Shown one piece after another: positions 1 to 12,839 of a stretch of DNA of 64,000 nt. The stretch is taken from the NCBI RefSeq assembly GCF_016433145.1, contig NC_058131.1, forward strand, positions 314,393,388 through 314,457,387. Direction: 5' to 3'. Below the pieces are notes generated by a model. That model was not told the DNA's origin, did not search any database, and saw nothing but the letters and a program-made list of their open reading frames with translations. The position numbers and the translations under genes were made by a program. The stretch comes from Gracilinanus agilis (taxonomy: Eukaryota). The number at the start of each line of letters is the position of its first letter. The first letter of the stretch is position 1.

Positions 1-70
1 CATTGTCAAGAAAACCCTAAACAGAGTCATGAAGAGTTGGACATAAATGAAAAATGATCAAAATAGCATC
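1..70 (+). mobile_element. 3' tail of a MAR1-like SINE (RTE-type tail)
   Basis: aaaaccctaaacagagtcatgaagagttggacataaatgaaa resembles the MAR1/RTE 3' end. Confidence 0.6.
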
Positions 71-224
71 AGTAAAAAATGCTGAGCACTACTCCCCCAA
101 CATGTATATATTGACTTATTTAGAAATTAAACATATGTGCTACCACACTAATAATTATGTACAGGAGGGACAAGGTTAAGTGTGGTTGTGTTGGAAAACG
201 AGTCCCACAATTGGCTCTCCTCCA

Positions 225-965
225 CCCATCCAGATGGTTTCTACTCTCATTGCTTCTATCTTCACAAAATCTCTTGCATACAAAAATTCTCCTTCACTAG
301 TGTGGCCTTAATCACCTCTCACCTGGTCTATTATAATAACCGTCTAACAGTCTCTTCCACCATCAGCCTCTCTCCTCTCCAAACTATCCTCTATACAGCT
401 GCCAAACCAATATTCCTAAAACCAAGATCTGACGACATCATTCTCCTATCAAAAAAAAATCTTCAGTGATTCCCTATTATTGCAAGATCAAAATACAAAA
501 TTCAAAGGCTGGCATTTCTAGGCCTCCACAATATGGCTTCTGACTATCCTTCCAGTCCTATTTCCAATCACTCCCCTTCCTGTACTCTCTGCTCCTGTCA
601 AACTCGCCATTTTCTACATAAGACACTCCATCTCTGTGACTTTGCACAGGTTGTTCCATGTCTTAGAATGTTCTAAAATACTCCTTCTTCATCCTTGCCT
701 TGTAGATTCTCAAACTTTTTCCAATACATAGCCAGATGTGTTTACCAGCAAGAAGCCTCTCTCTTAATTTCCCCAGTTGTTATTGTTCTCTACTTCCTGG
801 AATTACTTTGAATCAATTTTGTGTTTACTTACCTGGATATATTCTGTATTCCCTGACAGAATTTAAGTTCCTTGAGAACAGTAACTTTAATTTTTATATT
901 TTTGTTCTCAGTGTCTCTCACAGTGCCTTCTATACAGTAGTTGCTCAACAAAGGCCTACTAGATT
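225..965 (+). mobile_element. L2 LINE, 3' region
   Basis: Typical L2 motifs (ctcacctggtctattataataac, ttcctaaaaccaagatctgac), ending in cagtgcc...gttgctcaacaaa. Confidence 0.8.
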
Positions 966-984
966 AAAGTATGATTATTTTATG

Positions 985-1535
985 TGAAATATAGATTAGG
1001 AAGGGAAGATAGCAGAGACGAAGAAAAAAGTTAGGAAGTTATAATAGTTCAGAGGAGACTTATCAAAATTTGTACCAGGGTGGTAACAGTAAAAGTAGAG
1101 AAGGAGAAGTATTTTAGAAGTAGAATCAATAGGACTTGACCTCTGTTTGGATGTGGAGGGTGAAGTAACAGAAAGAGCCAAAGAGAGCACAGGATAATGG
1201 GAAGATGATGGTGCTATCCACAGAAACAGAGAAGTTGTGAGAAGGGGCAGATTTAGGCAATTCAAATTTTGATATTCTGAGTTTGAAACGCTAGCAGAAT
1301 GTTCCCCCTGGAGATGTTCAGTGGGCAAGTAGAAATGCAGGACTGGATCACAGTGACAGATCATAGGTAAACATTCAGATTGGGCATCATATGAAGACAT
1401 GTAACTGAAATCATGGAAGGGTGTGAGATTTTTGAGAGAAAGAATATAGAGAAAAAAGGGTTAGGGACATCACCCCTTAGAGAACACCAGTGCTTTAGGG
1501 ATAACAAGGAGCAGTGGCATTAGGTAGGAAAACTG
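985..1535 (-). mobile_element. L2 LINE fragment
   Basis: Purine-rich antisense L2 pattern (tttgatattctgagtttgaa...ggagatgttcagtgggcaag). Confidence 0.75.
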
Positions 1536-1561
1536 TAAGAGGTTCTGTGTGTGTGTATTTG

Positions 1562-1813
1562 TTGTTAGTGTTTGGTTATTTCAGTCATTTCTGACTGTGA
1601 CCCCATTTGGGGTTTTCTTGGCAAAGATACTAGAATAGTTTACCATTTCCTTCTCCAATTCATTTTTGCAGATGAAGAAACTGAGGCAAACAGGATTAAG
1701 TGACTTGCCCAGGGATGTACATTTAATAAGTGTCTGGGACTAGATCTGAATTCAGGAAGAGATTTCCTAACTCTTGGCCTAGCACTCTTATCTAATATGC
1801 TAGCTAGCTGCCA
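1562..1813 (-). mobile_element. MAR1 CORE-SINE
   Basis: gtgaccccatttggggttttcttggcaaagatac...gaaactgaggcaaacaggattaagtgacttgcccaggg...tagctgcc. Confidence 0.85.
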
Positions 1814-4689
1814 TATTTTATATATATGTATATATATACTGCATTGCCTCTTCCTTTCTTATATATACCAGCTGCAGAGAGTGGGCAGAAACACTGTTGT
1901 GATCTCCCAGCATTATGTTATCCAATTCCTCCCTGCCAATCCTGCAGTTGAGCTGCTCAGTATTCCCTGCTTCTGTATCACATGGTCCCTTCTAGTTATG
2001 ACAATTTCTGATCCTGCTATTGTGGAATTTTCATGAAGGCTAGCACTCTCACGCTACTGCATGATTTTATTTTTTTATTTTTCTGGTGGGTCACAAGGAA
2101 AGAGGAGAAGCAGGGAAAGCAGAGAACTCTCAAAAGGGCACACAAAGCCTCTCCCCTGTTAAGTTGTAAACAAATAATGGTCATGTTTTCCCTGTGAGAA
2201 TAAAGATTAAATTAAATGCAACCCTGCAGAGGAATAAAGCTCATAGGGGTTTTGACACCTGGCAAAGCTGCCCAAGGGGTCCTGGGATGTAGATAAGGTC
2301 TAATTAACAACCCAGGACAAGCAGAGAAAGATTCAGTGTGTCATTATCATCTTTATTTCACTTCCCCCTCCACATTTCACACAAAACTGCCACTGAGGGG
2401 TTTAATCAAGCAATCCTTAAATACCTTGAAGGATTCAGCTGTGAGAGCATAAGGCCCTAGAGCACTTCTCCAACAGCTTGTTCACACTGCTATCATTCCT
2501 GCCTTTAACTACTTCATTTTCTCACTGATTTGAGAGTGTCTTGGAAGCTCACTCCCCATCTTCCTTTCTACCCTCTTCTTGACACCTAAAACAATTCTGA
2601 AAAGGAGCCTTCCATTACCTATAACGTCTTTAACTTTTCCAAGGTCATTTCTGTCTTTTAAACCTATCATTGCCTTCTTATGCCTTGCAAGTAGTAAGTA
2701 CTCAACAATACAGAAATTTTTTCTCTTCTCTTTTACATGCTAAGATTCAGTTCAAAAAGCAATTTACTGGGCACCTACTAAGTATTTTAAGAATCAAATT
2801 GTTTTCTTAAAGGACTTAGAATCTCATTAGAGAAACAAAAGGCACACTTACAAATAGATGAGCTAATGCCAAAGTGAATTGTGCAAAGAGAAAAAAATAC
2901 AAACAGCTCCCATTTCAGTAACACATTGTGGGTTCATTTAATGCTCTTCTTTTGAAGAATTATTGTGGCAGCTGGCAAAAATTCAAAATTTTATTTCTAT
3001 TTCAGGTGTAGATGAACTCCTCTATCACTTAGTTTTACCATAGCCACACCACACCAAATTGCCTCCTACTGCACTGGCTCTTACTGTCATTAGGTTCAAG
3101 TGGCATATGCCAACACTCCCATCCTCCCATCCCCTTACATTTATTCTTATCAACCTTGTTCTTCCACAGGCCTTCTCCAACCCAACTCACCACTGGCTAG
3201 CTCATTCAACTGTGTCCTGTGGAACACCTACTCTTTTCTCAGTAACTCTCTTATTCTTGCAAATTTTTCAATTAACATAGCTTCCAACTCCTTGATTTAA
3301 TTAAAATGTCTCTCTTCTCTGGGCTTACCACTTCCTCTGTAACACTCTCCATTGGATCATACTGTTCCATTAACCCTTTCCCCTTTCCCTCACTCACAAA
3401 GTCAGGGCAGATGGGAATAGTCTTTGCTCCCTAAAGTTCTAGTCCATTCTTCGAGAACATTTAATGCTTTCGTACCTGAATCACATAGTCTTCCTTGCCA
3501 ACCTTGTCAGGGACTTACATCTTCACGATGAAGATCTAGCAGCCTCCTCAACTCCAGTGACCTCTATTTCTGCCCTACTTCAGGAAGAACAAAATTGGCT
3601 GAACTATATTAGAGAAATTGCAAGCATTTTCAGTGAAATCTGCTCCCTGTCATAAAAGCCCATCTTTTTCATACTGCTTGTATACTATGGAATGTAATAA
3701 CTTCATGAGAATCAAAACCTTAGGTACCAAAAGGGCAATTTATAGTAGTATGGTGGGTGAGGGCCACCAACAAAATATGTCTATCATGGCTGGGGTATGA
3801 GAAGTGACATCAAAGATAGCATCAAGGACATGTATGACCACAAGAAAAAATGAGTAAGTCATGTAATCAAAGTGAGGGAGAATAACCTAGGGAGTTACAC
3901 TGTTACTTGCAAAATACTAAAAGATCCAAAGGAAGGCCTCTAGCAGAGATGATCTTTTATGGAGATTTTATAGAAGGACAGACAATTGCAATGTGTAAGC
4001 ATGAGAAGGTATGAATGACTATCATCTGCACTGTATCTTCGAAATATCTAAACAATGTGATCATATGATCACCAAGGTTTCTTTCAGGTCTAACATTTTG
4101 TCTCTTTGAATATAACTTGTATCCAAAGAGATCAAGATAAAAAGCTACATGCAATTATCTTTTACCAGCTTGAATTTTAGCAACAATATATATGCAACTC
4201 TTCACGCTGCATAAACACAGTTGTTAAAATACACATAGGTGACAGATAACTATCTTCATGCTTTAGAAATAACAGGGACTAATTTTCATATGTGGCTTTG
4301 GAGGTCCAGCCACATTTCACAGCCATATTCATTTTATTTTTCAACTTCCTGTCTCTTAGGCATTTAATTACATCTAAGCTAAAGACCTGCTGATCCATTG
4401 TGATACTTAATATACTTTAACATGAACTGATATCATTTTTTAATAGTTAGCTTTACCAGAGACTTTACTCTAATGAGCTGTTAGGTTCATTGAGGTACAC
4501 TAAGAATAATGCCACCTCTCTCTGGCCTTAGTCTGCATCTCCCTACTACCATAGAACCTTATCTGATCAGTGAGCTTTTACTTGACCTTGCTAAAACCCA
4601 GGCCTTTTGTGCCACTGTTCCTTCAGTTCTGATGAGTGAGCTTTTGCCTTATTTTCTTGGGGCCCAGTCCTCCCATGTACAAGCGTACC

Positions 4690-4840
4690 ACCAGTGCCTC
4701 CTGCTTCCCCCATCCCTTTTTATGTAGTATTCTCTCATTACAATATAAGCTTCTTGAGGGCAGGGACTGATGTGCTTCCTTGTATTTGTATCCCAGTTCT
4801 TAGATTGTGCCTTACAGATAGTAACACTTAATAAATGCTC
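4690..4840 (+). mobile_element. L2 3' end
   Basis: ataagcttcttgagggcagggact...gtgccttacagatagtaacacttaataaatgct. Confidence 0.75.
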
Positions 4841-5328
4841 TCATATTCTCTTCCCCTCCCTCTTTCTCTTATTCAGCTACTAATCCCTGGTTCAAAGTGT
4901 CCTCATCTGCAAAATGAATGGGAGAGCCTCTGAGGTTCTTTCCAGTTTTAAAAGTATGTCTCTCTATTTCTAGATGGTGAGGTAGCCACTGCTGTTTACC
5001 AGCTGTACTAGTCTCACAAGAATTAGAGATAATAGTCCACAACTGAGCTCACTGGGGGCAGCACTGTCTGCTAGTAAGGATCAAAGTCCTTTATAAAAAG
5101 GTACTTAAGTCCAAAGCTGAGATACTCTGACTTAATCTGATTGTGAGCTCCTTTAGGGATGGGCATTATTTATCCTTTTCTTTACCCTACTGCATAGCAC
5201 AGGTATTTTTTTTGTTTATCACAGAGACACACAATGAATACTTGTTGAATGAACATAATTAGACAAACTTTGAAAAACGCAATAAAACTGAGGACACAAC
5301 TGAGACTTCACCTATTCTTAATACTTAC

Positions 5329-5447
5329 TGTTTTTCGCCAGAGGATTGCCCGGTATTGAGGGACACGTTGATTGTTCTGGTCAGAAAGTGCTACAGACAG
5401 AAAGAAAGGGCTCTTCTCAATATCAGTGCCAACGTAATTCTGATGAA
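5329..5447 (-). CDS. GARNL3: GARNL3 coding exon (119 nt): (V)HQNYVGTDIEKSPFFLSVALSDQNNQRVPQYRAILWRKT
   Basis: Acceptor ttccag and donor aca|gtaagt. Starts in phase 1, matching the previous exon, and ends in phase 0. Peptide matches recalled mammalian GARNL3. Confidence 0.97.
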
Positions 5448-5689
5448 CTGGAAAGGAAATGTATTCAGAATTGCAGTTACAATTTGCTTTTTCATTCCTC
5501 TTTCTTACTCCATCATTCTATAATCATAGTTCACCCCAAACCTATCTGCTCTCTTCATACCTGGATGCTGCAGGTATGAAACATAAGGAGAAAACAGATT
5601 CCAAGCTAACTTCTCTTATTACAAGTTTTCTGCCTCTTTTCCTAACTCTGAATTATCACTTACTAGCAAGAAATTTCATAGAAATGATA

Positions 5690-5860
5690 TAATTTTAAGA
5701 TTTCTTAGGGACCATTACAGGTCACTTATTCTAATCCCATCTTATAACGAAACTGAGGCTAAGAGAGGCTAAAGTTATAGAACTGGTTGATGGTAGAACT
5801 GAGCTTCAAAGCCAGGCCCCTGGCCTGGCCATCCACTGTTCTCTCTACTATAACATCCTC
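5690..5860 (-). mobile_element. MIR SINE
   Basis: aaactgaggctaagagagg...tagaactgagcttcaaagccagg (CORE, antisense). Confidence 0.7.
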
Positions 5861-6224
5861 CCTTCCTCCTTAATTTTGAATATTCATTATTTTAATACCC
5901 TTGCCACTCTACTGCATATTTATTTCTTATTTTGTTCCTACCTAAACCAATTTTCTCACAAATTAAAAATATTCAACTTTCTCTGAAGAAAGGTTTTGTA
6001 TTCATGAATGGTCCCTTCTCTCAAATCTTGATGACACCTTCGATATATTCTTTGAAGGCAGACCCCAGATCTATAGATCATTCTGTTCTTTTGGTATTTA
6101 GTCTATCATGTGTCTTTAGTATTTTAATACATCTGACATCTCATTGTGGTGTATACTAACGGATACTTTCCTCTACTGATGGAAGGACCAACCCATTAAA
6201 ACCTTCTGGAATGTGTAATTCTTG

Positions 6225-6760
6225 TTCATCTTTTTCCATAAAACAATTTCAACTAAGCATTGTGTTCAAGGTATTGGGAATACTAGGACAGCTATAATAT
6301 ATACCCACCCTTCTTTCTAGGAGCTTATAATTCAATAATTAGGAAAGGTACATACACAAATAACACAAAAGCAAAGGAGAGATTTAGGTATAAAAAATGT
6401 GAAGTTTGGGAGCATAACTTTTACTTAGTAGAGACAGTGGTGCAAAAGAAGGTTTCAGAGAAGAGGAGGCATCTAAGTTGCTGCTTAAAAGTAGGGAGAG
6501 ACTTCCAACGGCTGGAAATGGGGTGGATAGGTGGAAAGGAAGGGAATAGAGGGGACAGTGTGAGTGAAGGCAGAAGGTAAGAGAGCAGGACAAGAATAGG
6601 GGGATGGAGTATAGTCCAAGTCTAAAGGTATCTAGAAGGGAAGTTGTGTGTGAAGTCTGGACAGGTAGAGAGCCTGGAGCCATATCATGTCTCAAATGCC
6701 GGAGCATAGATTTTCTGCTTTATTTGATAGCTGACAGGGAGGTAATGACTCAGAGTCTGG
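6225..6760 (-). mobile_element. L2 LINE
   Basis: aagcattgtgttcaaggtattggg...ggagcttataattc...ggagcatagattttctg. Confidence 0.7.
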
Positions 6761-7159
6761 TCCTGTGTTTGCAGTCTGCTCTCTGGAAGGAAGTCTAGCC
6801 ATTTCCTAAACTGTTGACTTCTGCAGATAATTAGGAGAACATGCAAACAGCTGCTACGTTAATACTCCAAACAGCACTGGGGAGGTGAGGGTGGGGGTGG
6901 AGGGGTGAGGGGAGAAGGGTGAAAGAGGGGCTGACAGAATTAAAGGAAACAACCATCTACATCTCTGGTCTTGTGGGGAATCCTTCATTTCATTCTTCCT
7001 CTATCACTAATTTTAGCCCTTCACACATGCTACATGCATTTACAACACTCATACAGAATAAGCTACACTACATATGGCATTTGATTCTATGGACTCTAGC
7101 AGTTTTTTTTTTAACTCTTTCCTTCTGTCTTGATATTAATACTAAGATATACTGACAAA

Positions 7160-7286
7160 GGCTAGGCAATCAGGGTTAAGTGACTTGGCCAGAGTCACAC
7201 AGTAAGGAAGTATCTGAAGCCAGATTTGAACCCAAGTCCTCCTGACTCCAGGCCTCATGCTCTATCTGTGCTACCTAGTTGCCCTT
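7160..7286 (-). mobile_element. MAR1/MIR-type SINE
   Basis: gggttaagtgacttggccagagtcacacag...gatttgaacccaagtcctcctgactccagg...ctagttgccc. Confidence 0.8.
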
Positions 7287-7616
7287 CTTTAGCAGTTTTT
7301 TTCAACAGTAAATTTCCATCCTACCTTTCCAACTACTCAAGCTGCCTTTTAACTCTTCATTTTTAGGGCAAGAATAACTGCTTATAATTCATAAAAAAGT
7401 TCCCTCCCCCTGAAGTTCTGAAATGAACCTTTAATTTTACAAAGTTCATTTTTAACCTTGAAGTCAGTGTTCTAAATTAAGTTTCAAATGCACCAGATCT
7501 GATCATGTCAGCTTAATCTCTGCATGTACTGTAGATTTAGAGAAATTATAACATTAAAGCTTTTTTTTCCCCCCTTGGCACTTTAAATGTCCATTCTACT
7601 AAAGTAATATCATTAC

Positions 7617-7716
7617 CTTGTCCTAAGAAATACTTGAAATACCATCTGGTATGATATTCTGGGTTTTCCAGGTGCACATCTGTTCTCCGCCAGATACCTG
7701 GCAAATCAGGAGCATT
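7617..7716 (-). CDS. GARNL3: GARNL3 coding exon (100 nt): NAPDLPGIWRRTDVHLENPEYHTRWYFKYFLGQ
   Basis: Acceptor atttcag and donor caag|gtaatg; phase 0 to phase 1. RRTDVHLENPEYHTRWYFKYFLGQ is a GARNL3 signature. Confidence 0.98.
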
Positions 7717-7904
7717 CTGAAATAGAGCAAAATGATGCCATTAGAAGCTTATTCAGAAAGAGTAAACACAACCTGGAGTAAACAAGTAGAGTGTGTAAGC
7801 TAAAACAACAAACAGAAATTATAGGAAAACTCTTTTTCAAAAGAAGAATAAAAATTGTTAGTACATGTTCTGCTGAAAACTTATAGTGACCTGATTGGAG
7901 CTCT

Positions 7905-8100
7905 ATGTGAGAGAAAGGGGTAGACTTAGAGTTAAGAGACTTGGGGCCAAATTCCTGCTCTGAAACACCATGTGACCTTGAGCAACCATTTTGGCCTATT
8001 TGGGCTTCAGTTCCCCAACCTGTCAAATGGGAGTAACAATATTTGAACTACATACTTCATTGGGTTGTTCTAAGAAAAGAACTTTGTAAAACTTAAAGTG
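7905..8100 (+). mobile_element. MIR SINE
   Basis: gtgaccttgagcaacc...ttcagttccccaacctgtcaaatgggagtaacaata...ctttgtaaaacttaaagtg. Confidence 0.75.
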
Positions 8101-8650
8101 AAGTGTCGATGTGTGCCCTAAATATCTGGCCTCTCATCTGTCTCTGTCACTAGAGAAGTTTAGGGTCTGGATTCGCTACATTTAGTTGATGAACTCAACT
8201 ACTATTTATCCCTATCTATGACTTCATGGGTCTCTCTCTGATCCAGTGCTTCAATGATATGTATTGACTTGGATCTTCTCTAGAGTGTGGTGGTCCCTGG
8301 AAATCCCCTACTGCTCTATGTGACTTCTGTAAATGTGATTCAATTAGCATTTACTGAGTAACTACTCAATATTTACAGGGACATTCACAAACTACACAAT
8401 GTAAAGCTGGGAGCTACTTTAAATATTATGTAATTATAGGATCCTAGAAACATAGATCTATAGCTGCAAGAAAGCTTAGAAATTATGGAGTCCAATCCTC
8501 TCACTTTACATATGAGGAAACCACAGCCCAAGGTCACAGTAGCAAAACTGTCCTGGTCAGACTACATCTGGAATATTATGTTTGATTTTGGGCACTATGG
8601 TTCAAGAAAAATATTGACAAGCTAGAGAATGATGTTGATAACTGCTAGCA

Positions 8651-8714
8651 TCTCTCTCTCTCCACACACACGCGCGCGCGCGCACACACACACACACACA
8701 CATACACACATACA
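8651..8714. repeat. Compound microsatellite (TC)n(CA)n(CG)6(CA)n
   Basis: Read directly from the sequence. Confidence 0.95.
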
Positions 8715-8945
8715 GTGTTTTAAGGTTTTTAAAATGCTTTACAAATACTATTCGATTTTATGCTCACAATAACCCTTGGAGGTAGGTGCTATTATTACTC
8801 CCACTTTTCAGATAAGGAAATTGAGGCAGACAATGATTATGAGATTTACCCAAGGTTACACAGCAAGTAAGTGTTTGAAGCAGGATTTGAACTCACGTCT
8901 TCTTGACTCTAGGCCTATAACTCTATCCACTAAGCTACCTACCTG
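8715..8945 (-). mobile_element. MIR/MAR1-type SINE
   Basis: ctcacaataacccttggaggtaggtgctattattactcccacttttcagataaggaaattgaggc...gatttgaactcacgtcttc. Confidence 0.85.
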
Positions 8946-8959
8946 CTATGCAAAAGGAA

Positions 8960-9510
8960 GGTAATTATAATGGTGAAGGCTCTCAAGTCCATACTATATG
9001 TGGATCAGATGAAGGAACCATTGATGTTTGTCTTGTAAAAGAGAAGATTCAGGGTGACATGGTAGCTCTCTTCTAGAATCTAAATGGCTGTCCCAAAGAA
9101 GAGGAACCAAGACTTATTTCTGCTTGGCCTTAGATGGCAGAACTAGGAGGAATGAGTGGAAGTTGTTAAGAGGAAAATAGGATTGATGTTCAGAAAAAAT
9201 TTCAAAATAATGAGAACTATCAAAAAATGGAATGGAGGGGCAGCTGGGTAGCTCAGTGGAGTGAGAGTCAGGCCTAGAGACAGGAGGTCCTAGGTTCAAA
9301 CCCGGCCTCAGCCACTTCCCAGCTGTGTGACCCTGGGCAGGTCACTTGATCCCCATTGCCCACCCTTACCAATCTTCCACCTATGAGACAATACACCGAA
9401 GTACAAGGGTTTAAAAAAAAAATGGAATGGGCTATGTAGGAGTCACTGGGTTCTCTCCTCCTGGTGGTCTACAAGCAAAGGTTGGATAACCTATCATTAA
9501 AGAGAGGACA
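8960..9510 (+). mobile_element. L3/CR1 3' region, interrupted by a young SINE
   Basis: aagagaagattcagggtgacatggtagctctcttc...aaaaatggaatgg, resuming after the SINE. Confidence 0.75.
9237..9421 (+). mobile_element. Young Monodelphis-type CORE-SINE with 14-bp TSD
   Basis: ggggcagctgggtagctcagtgg head and A-tail. TSD aaaaaatggaatgg at 9222-9235 and 9417-9430. Confidence 0.92.
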
Positions 9511-9547
9511 GTCAGAATTCTTTTTCAGATAAGGGTTGCCTTAGAAT

Positions 9548-9740
9548 CAGTGATTCCCAAAGTGGGCACCACCGCCCCTTGGTGGGTGTTGCAGTGATCC
9601 AGGGGGGCGGTGATGGCCACAGGTACATTTGTCTTTCCTATTAATTGCTATTAAAATTTTTAAAAAATTAATTTCCAGGGGGCTAAGTAATATTTTTTCT
9701 GGAAAGGGGGTGGTAGGCCAAAAAAGTTTGGGAATCACTG
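9548..9740. mobile_element. Non-autonomous hAT (Charlie-like) MITE, 193 bp
   Basis: TIRs cagtgattcccaaagt / agtttgggaatcactg. Imperfect TSD-like flanks ccttagaa(t) / ccttagag. Confidence 0.85.
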
Positions 9741-10139
9741 CCTTAGAGAGAGGCTAAGGTCTCTTCCAACATTGGGAATTTGGGGATTCTGATCTAAGAA
9801 TGCAAATCTGAGCTGCCTTCTATGTTATTTTTACATCTAATAACAAAGTTTACAAAATTGAAATGTGCTGATGGAATGCATCCTCTTTATTAACAAAATA
9901 GACCATTATATTACAGTTAATAATCATGTATTAGCTCCTCACTCTCTTCTCTCCAGTAGGGAATTAAAATGTAAACAATTCAGAGAGGGTCTTAACTGAT
10001 GAAGTAATAAAATAGTATTGAGAAAAATGAGGGATACTTGGAACATGATCCTATATGGAAGTTATAATACAAAACCTAAAGTAGTCTCAGTGTCTGTGGG
10101 GGGAAAACAAGAATTTTAATCCTTGATATGCCACACACG

Positions 10140-10580
10140 AGGACAGCAAGGAAGTGCAGTGGATAGAGTGCTGGGCCTGAAGTCAGGGAGACTCATCTTT
10201 CTGAGTTCAAATCTGGCCTTAGACATTTATAAGTCACTTCACTCTGTTTGCCTCCTATCCTTATCTGTAAGATGAGCTAGAGAAGGAAATGGCAAACCTT
10301 CCATTATCCTTGCCAAGAAAACACCAAATGGGGCAGTGAGGTGGCTCCATAGATAAAGAGCCAGGCCTGGGGTTTGGAGGAACTGAGTTCAAATCTTGTC
10401 TCAGAACTTCCTAGCTATGTTACCCTGGGCAAATCACTTAACCCTTTTGCCTATTGCTTGCCTTTCTGTTTTAGAGTTTTTACTAAGATAGAAAATAAGG
10501 GTTTTATAAAAGAAAAAGAAAATCCCAAATGAGTTCAAAAAGAGTCAGAAACAATTGAAACAAATGAAAACAACAACAAA
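10140..10580 (+). mobile_element. MAR1 SINE with a nested Mdo-type SINE (about 10329-10520)
   Basis: The MAR1 3' part is split after gccaagaaaacaccaaat and resumes at aaaatcccaaatgagttcaaaaagagtcag. Confidence 0.75.
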
Positions 10581-11019
10581 AATGTACATTAAATGAAATT
10601 ATGAATTAGCCTAATGCATTACTGGAGTAATACTTAAGTGCTGCTTTAAAAGGCATGGGGAACAATCACATTTGGCAAGAAAGGAACTTTGTGGTAGAGC
10701 AGAGATCCTGGGCATCTTTGCTAAGAAACAACTGATCTCACATGGGCAAAGAAGAAGCTCAATTTCTATGGAATATTAAAGTTTGCAAAGTGTTTCATCA
10801 TAATTCTGTGAAATGGGAAGTGAAAGTATTATCATTCTCATTTAATGGACTAAGAAATTGAAGCTCCAGTAGGTGACTTGTTCAGGGTAACAAAAGTAGT
10901 AATTAGGATTAAAAATATCTTTCCTAAGTCGAGAATTCTTTTCACTTTACTGCACTGTTTCTCTTTGTAAGAATTTAAATTTAGGTTTTTATGCTAATAT
11001 GAGAATTCTAAAGTAATAT

Positions 11020-11708
11020 TGTAGTCGAGGATTTAAAAATATTAGAGCTTAAGTCAAAATGACTTTTAGCAGCTTTATTTACAAAGAGGTGGAAAGAGTG
11101 AAAGTGGAAAAATGTAGATAAAGAAACAGAAAGTACTGCCTAGCTAAAAATACCTTAAGTTTAATCCTAATGTCTCCAAATGGCAAATGTGAATCCAAAA
11201 GTGAATCTCACCAGAATCCAAAGTCCTAATTAGGAAGCTGAAATCTGAAGAACCAGGAGATGCTGGAAGAATCCGCTGAGAACCTTCAGTGCACACAAGG
11301 CTAAGACCACCAAGGATCTCACCAGAACTCATGCTGAAGGTAATGCCCCACCCGAAGCACCAACAAGCAGAGAGGGTCTCCTTACCAAAGAACCAAGGAA
11401 GGAATTCATTCTACTCACAAGCTGACATAGGATCCAGGGAAAGAGTCTCCTCCTCCAGTCCAGCTCACCAATGAAGAGAGTGTGACTGAATCCTTGAGCT
11501 GGCCTTTTGACTTCACTTCTTTCAATTTGCCTAGCACTGTTCAAGGGGGTAGGCAATGACCTTTGGAGGTATGAGCTTACTCTAGTAAGAGACTTGTGAA
11601 CTCTCATACTTAGAGACTGGTAAGGTACTAAGTGGGGTACTTAAGTTTTTCATTGATTAACTTAAAAGTCACTGATTGATAGACAAAGAGGGTTTGATTC
11701 ACTCTTCA
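11020..11708 (-). mobile_element. Solo ERV LTR, about 690 bp
   Basis: On the minus strand it starts TGAAGAG, has AATAAA near the 3' end and ends cgactaCA. No convincing TSD. Confidence 0.65.
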
Positions 11709-11789
11709 TATCTTGTAGAATCAGAAGATTAGAATTAGAAGGGACATAGTCCCTTTTCCAGATGATGAAACAGAGGTTCAGAGAAGTTA

Positions 11790-12500
11790 ATCAACTAATC
11801 AATTAACAATCATTCATTAAATGCTTCCTATGTGTCAGGCACTTTGCTAGGGCCTGGGTATACAAAGATAAAAATGAAGAAGTCCCTGGCCTGGAGGACA
11901 TAACATCCTGTCTGGTGAGACAACATATACATATATTGGTATAGAAAGAGCATGGACAAAATGAATACAGGTGCTAGCAGAGGAGGGTGAAATCTAAAAA
12001 CAATTCATGTAAAAGGTGGAGTTTGAGTTGAATCTTAAAGGAAGTAAGAGATTCAAGATGGGGAAACAATTTATAGGCCTAGAAGATGGCTAGTGCAAAG
12101 GTATGGAGATGGAAGATGGAGTATCACAGGTGAACAACAGCAAAAAAGGTCAGTTTGAGGAGAGCATATTTTGTGGGAAGGGGATAATATATAATGGAGT
12201 TGGAAAAGTAAGCTGGGGCCAGAATGTGAAACATTTTAACTCCCAGATCCTAGAGGTAATAGGGAGCCACTAGAGTGTACTGGAGTGTATAGGAGAACAA
12301 CATGATCAGACCTGTGCTCTAGGAAAATCATTTTGGCAACTGTATGGAGGATGGATTGGAGTGGGAAGATACTTGAGGCAGGGAGACCAATTAGAAGACT
12401 ATTGCAATAGTCCCTGGGAGAGAGCCTGAATTAAGATTGTGGCTGCATATGGAGTGAGAAGGAGTTGACTATGAAAGATGTTGTGGAGGTAGGAATGACA
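11790..12500 (-). mobile_element. L2 LINE, 3' 700 bp
   Basis: cattcattaaatgcttcctatgtgtcaggcactttgctagg...gactattgcaatagtcc. Confidence 0.85.
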
Positions 12501-12839
12501 AGACTAACATTATATCACAGAGCTATTAAATAGCAGACTTGGAATTTTAGCCCCAGGGCTCTTGATTAAAAGGGTCCAGGGCTCTTTCTAACATAGAAGG
12601 CTTGGGGGAGTCTAAGGAGGCCAAAACAGAGCAGACTAAGGAGATGACAGAAGGTGATGGGACCAAGACCTGATTTCTGGTTACCAAGACAGGTGCAAGT
12701 AAATGGAAAAGTTTCAAAGTTAGAAAAATCATATATCATTATATGGCATAATGATATTATACACAGCAATATTATATGCCAAAGATGATAATATATTGGT
12801 GAGATTCCATTTTACTTCTTTCTCGGCTGTCATGTGGAA

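Noticed and set aside
1-5328. Next GARNL3 exon (expected GTQKICLPYSPTKTLSVKSILS-like)
   Set aside because: Not found by eye; it probably lies beyond the left edge.
9237-9300. tRNA-like A/B boxes
   Set aside because: These are SINE heads, not tRNA genes. The same applies to all CORE-SINEs here.
11144-11607. Three overlapping ORFs
   Set aside because: They lie inside the putative solo LTR, with no splice or homology support.
12733-12757. 10-bp stem hairpin atatcattat/ataatgatat
   Set aside because: Short and AT-only, so expected by chance; too small for a pre-miRNA.
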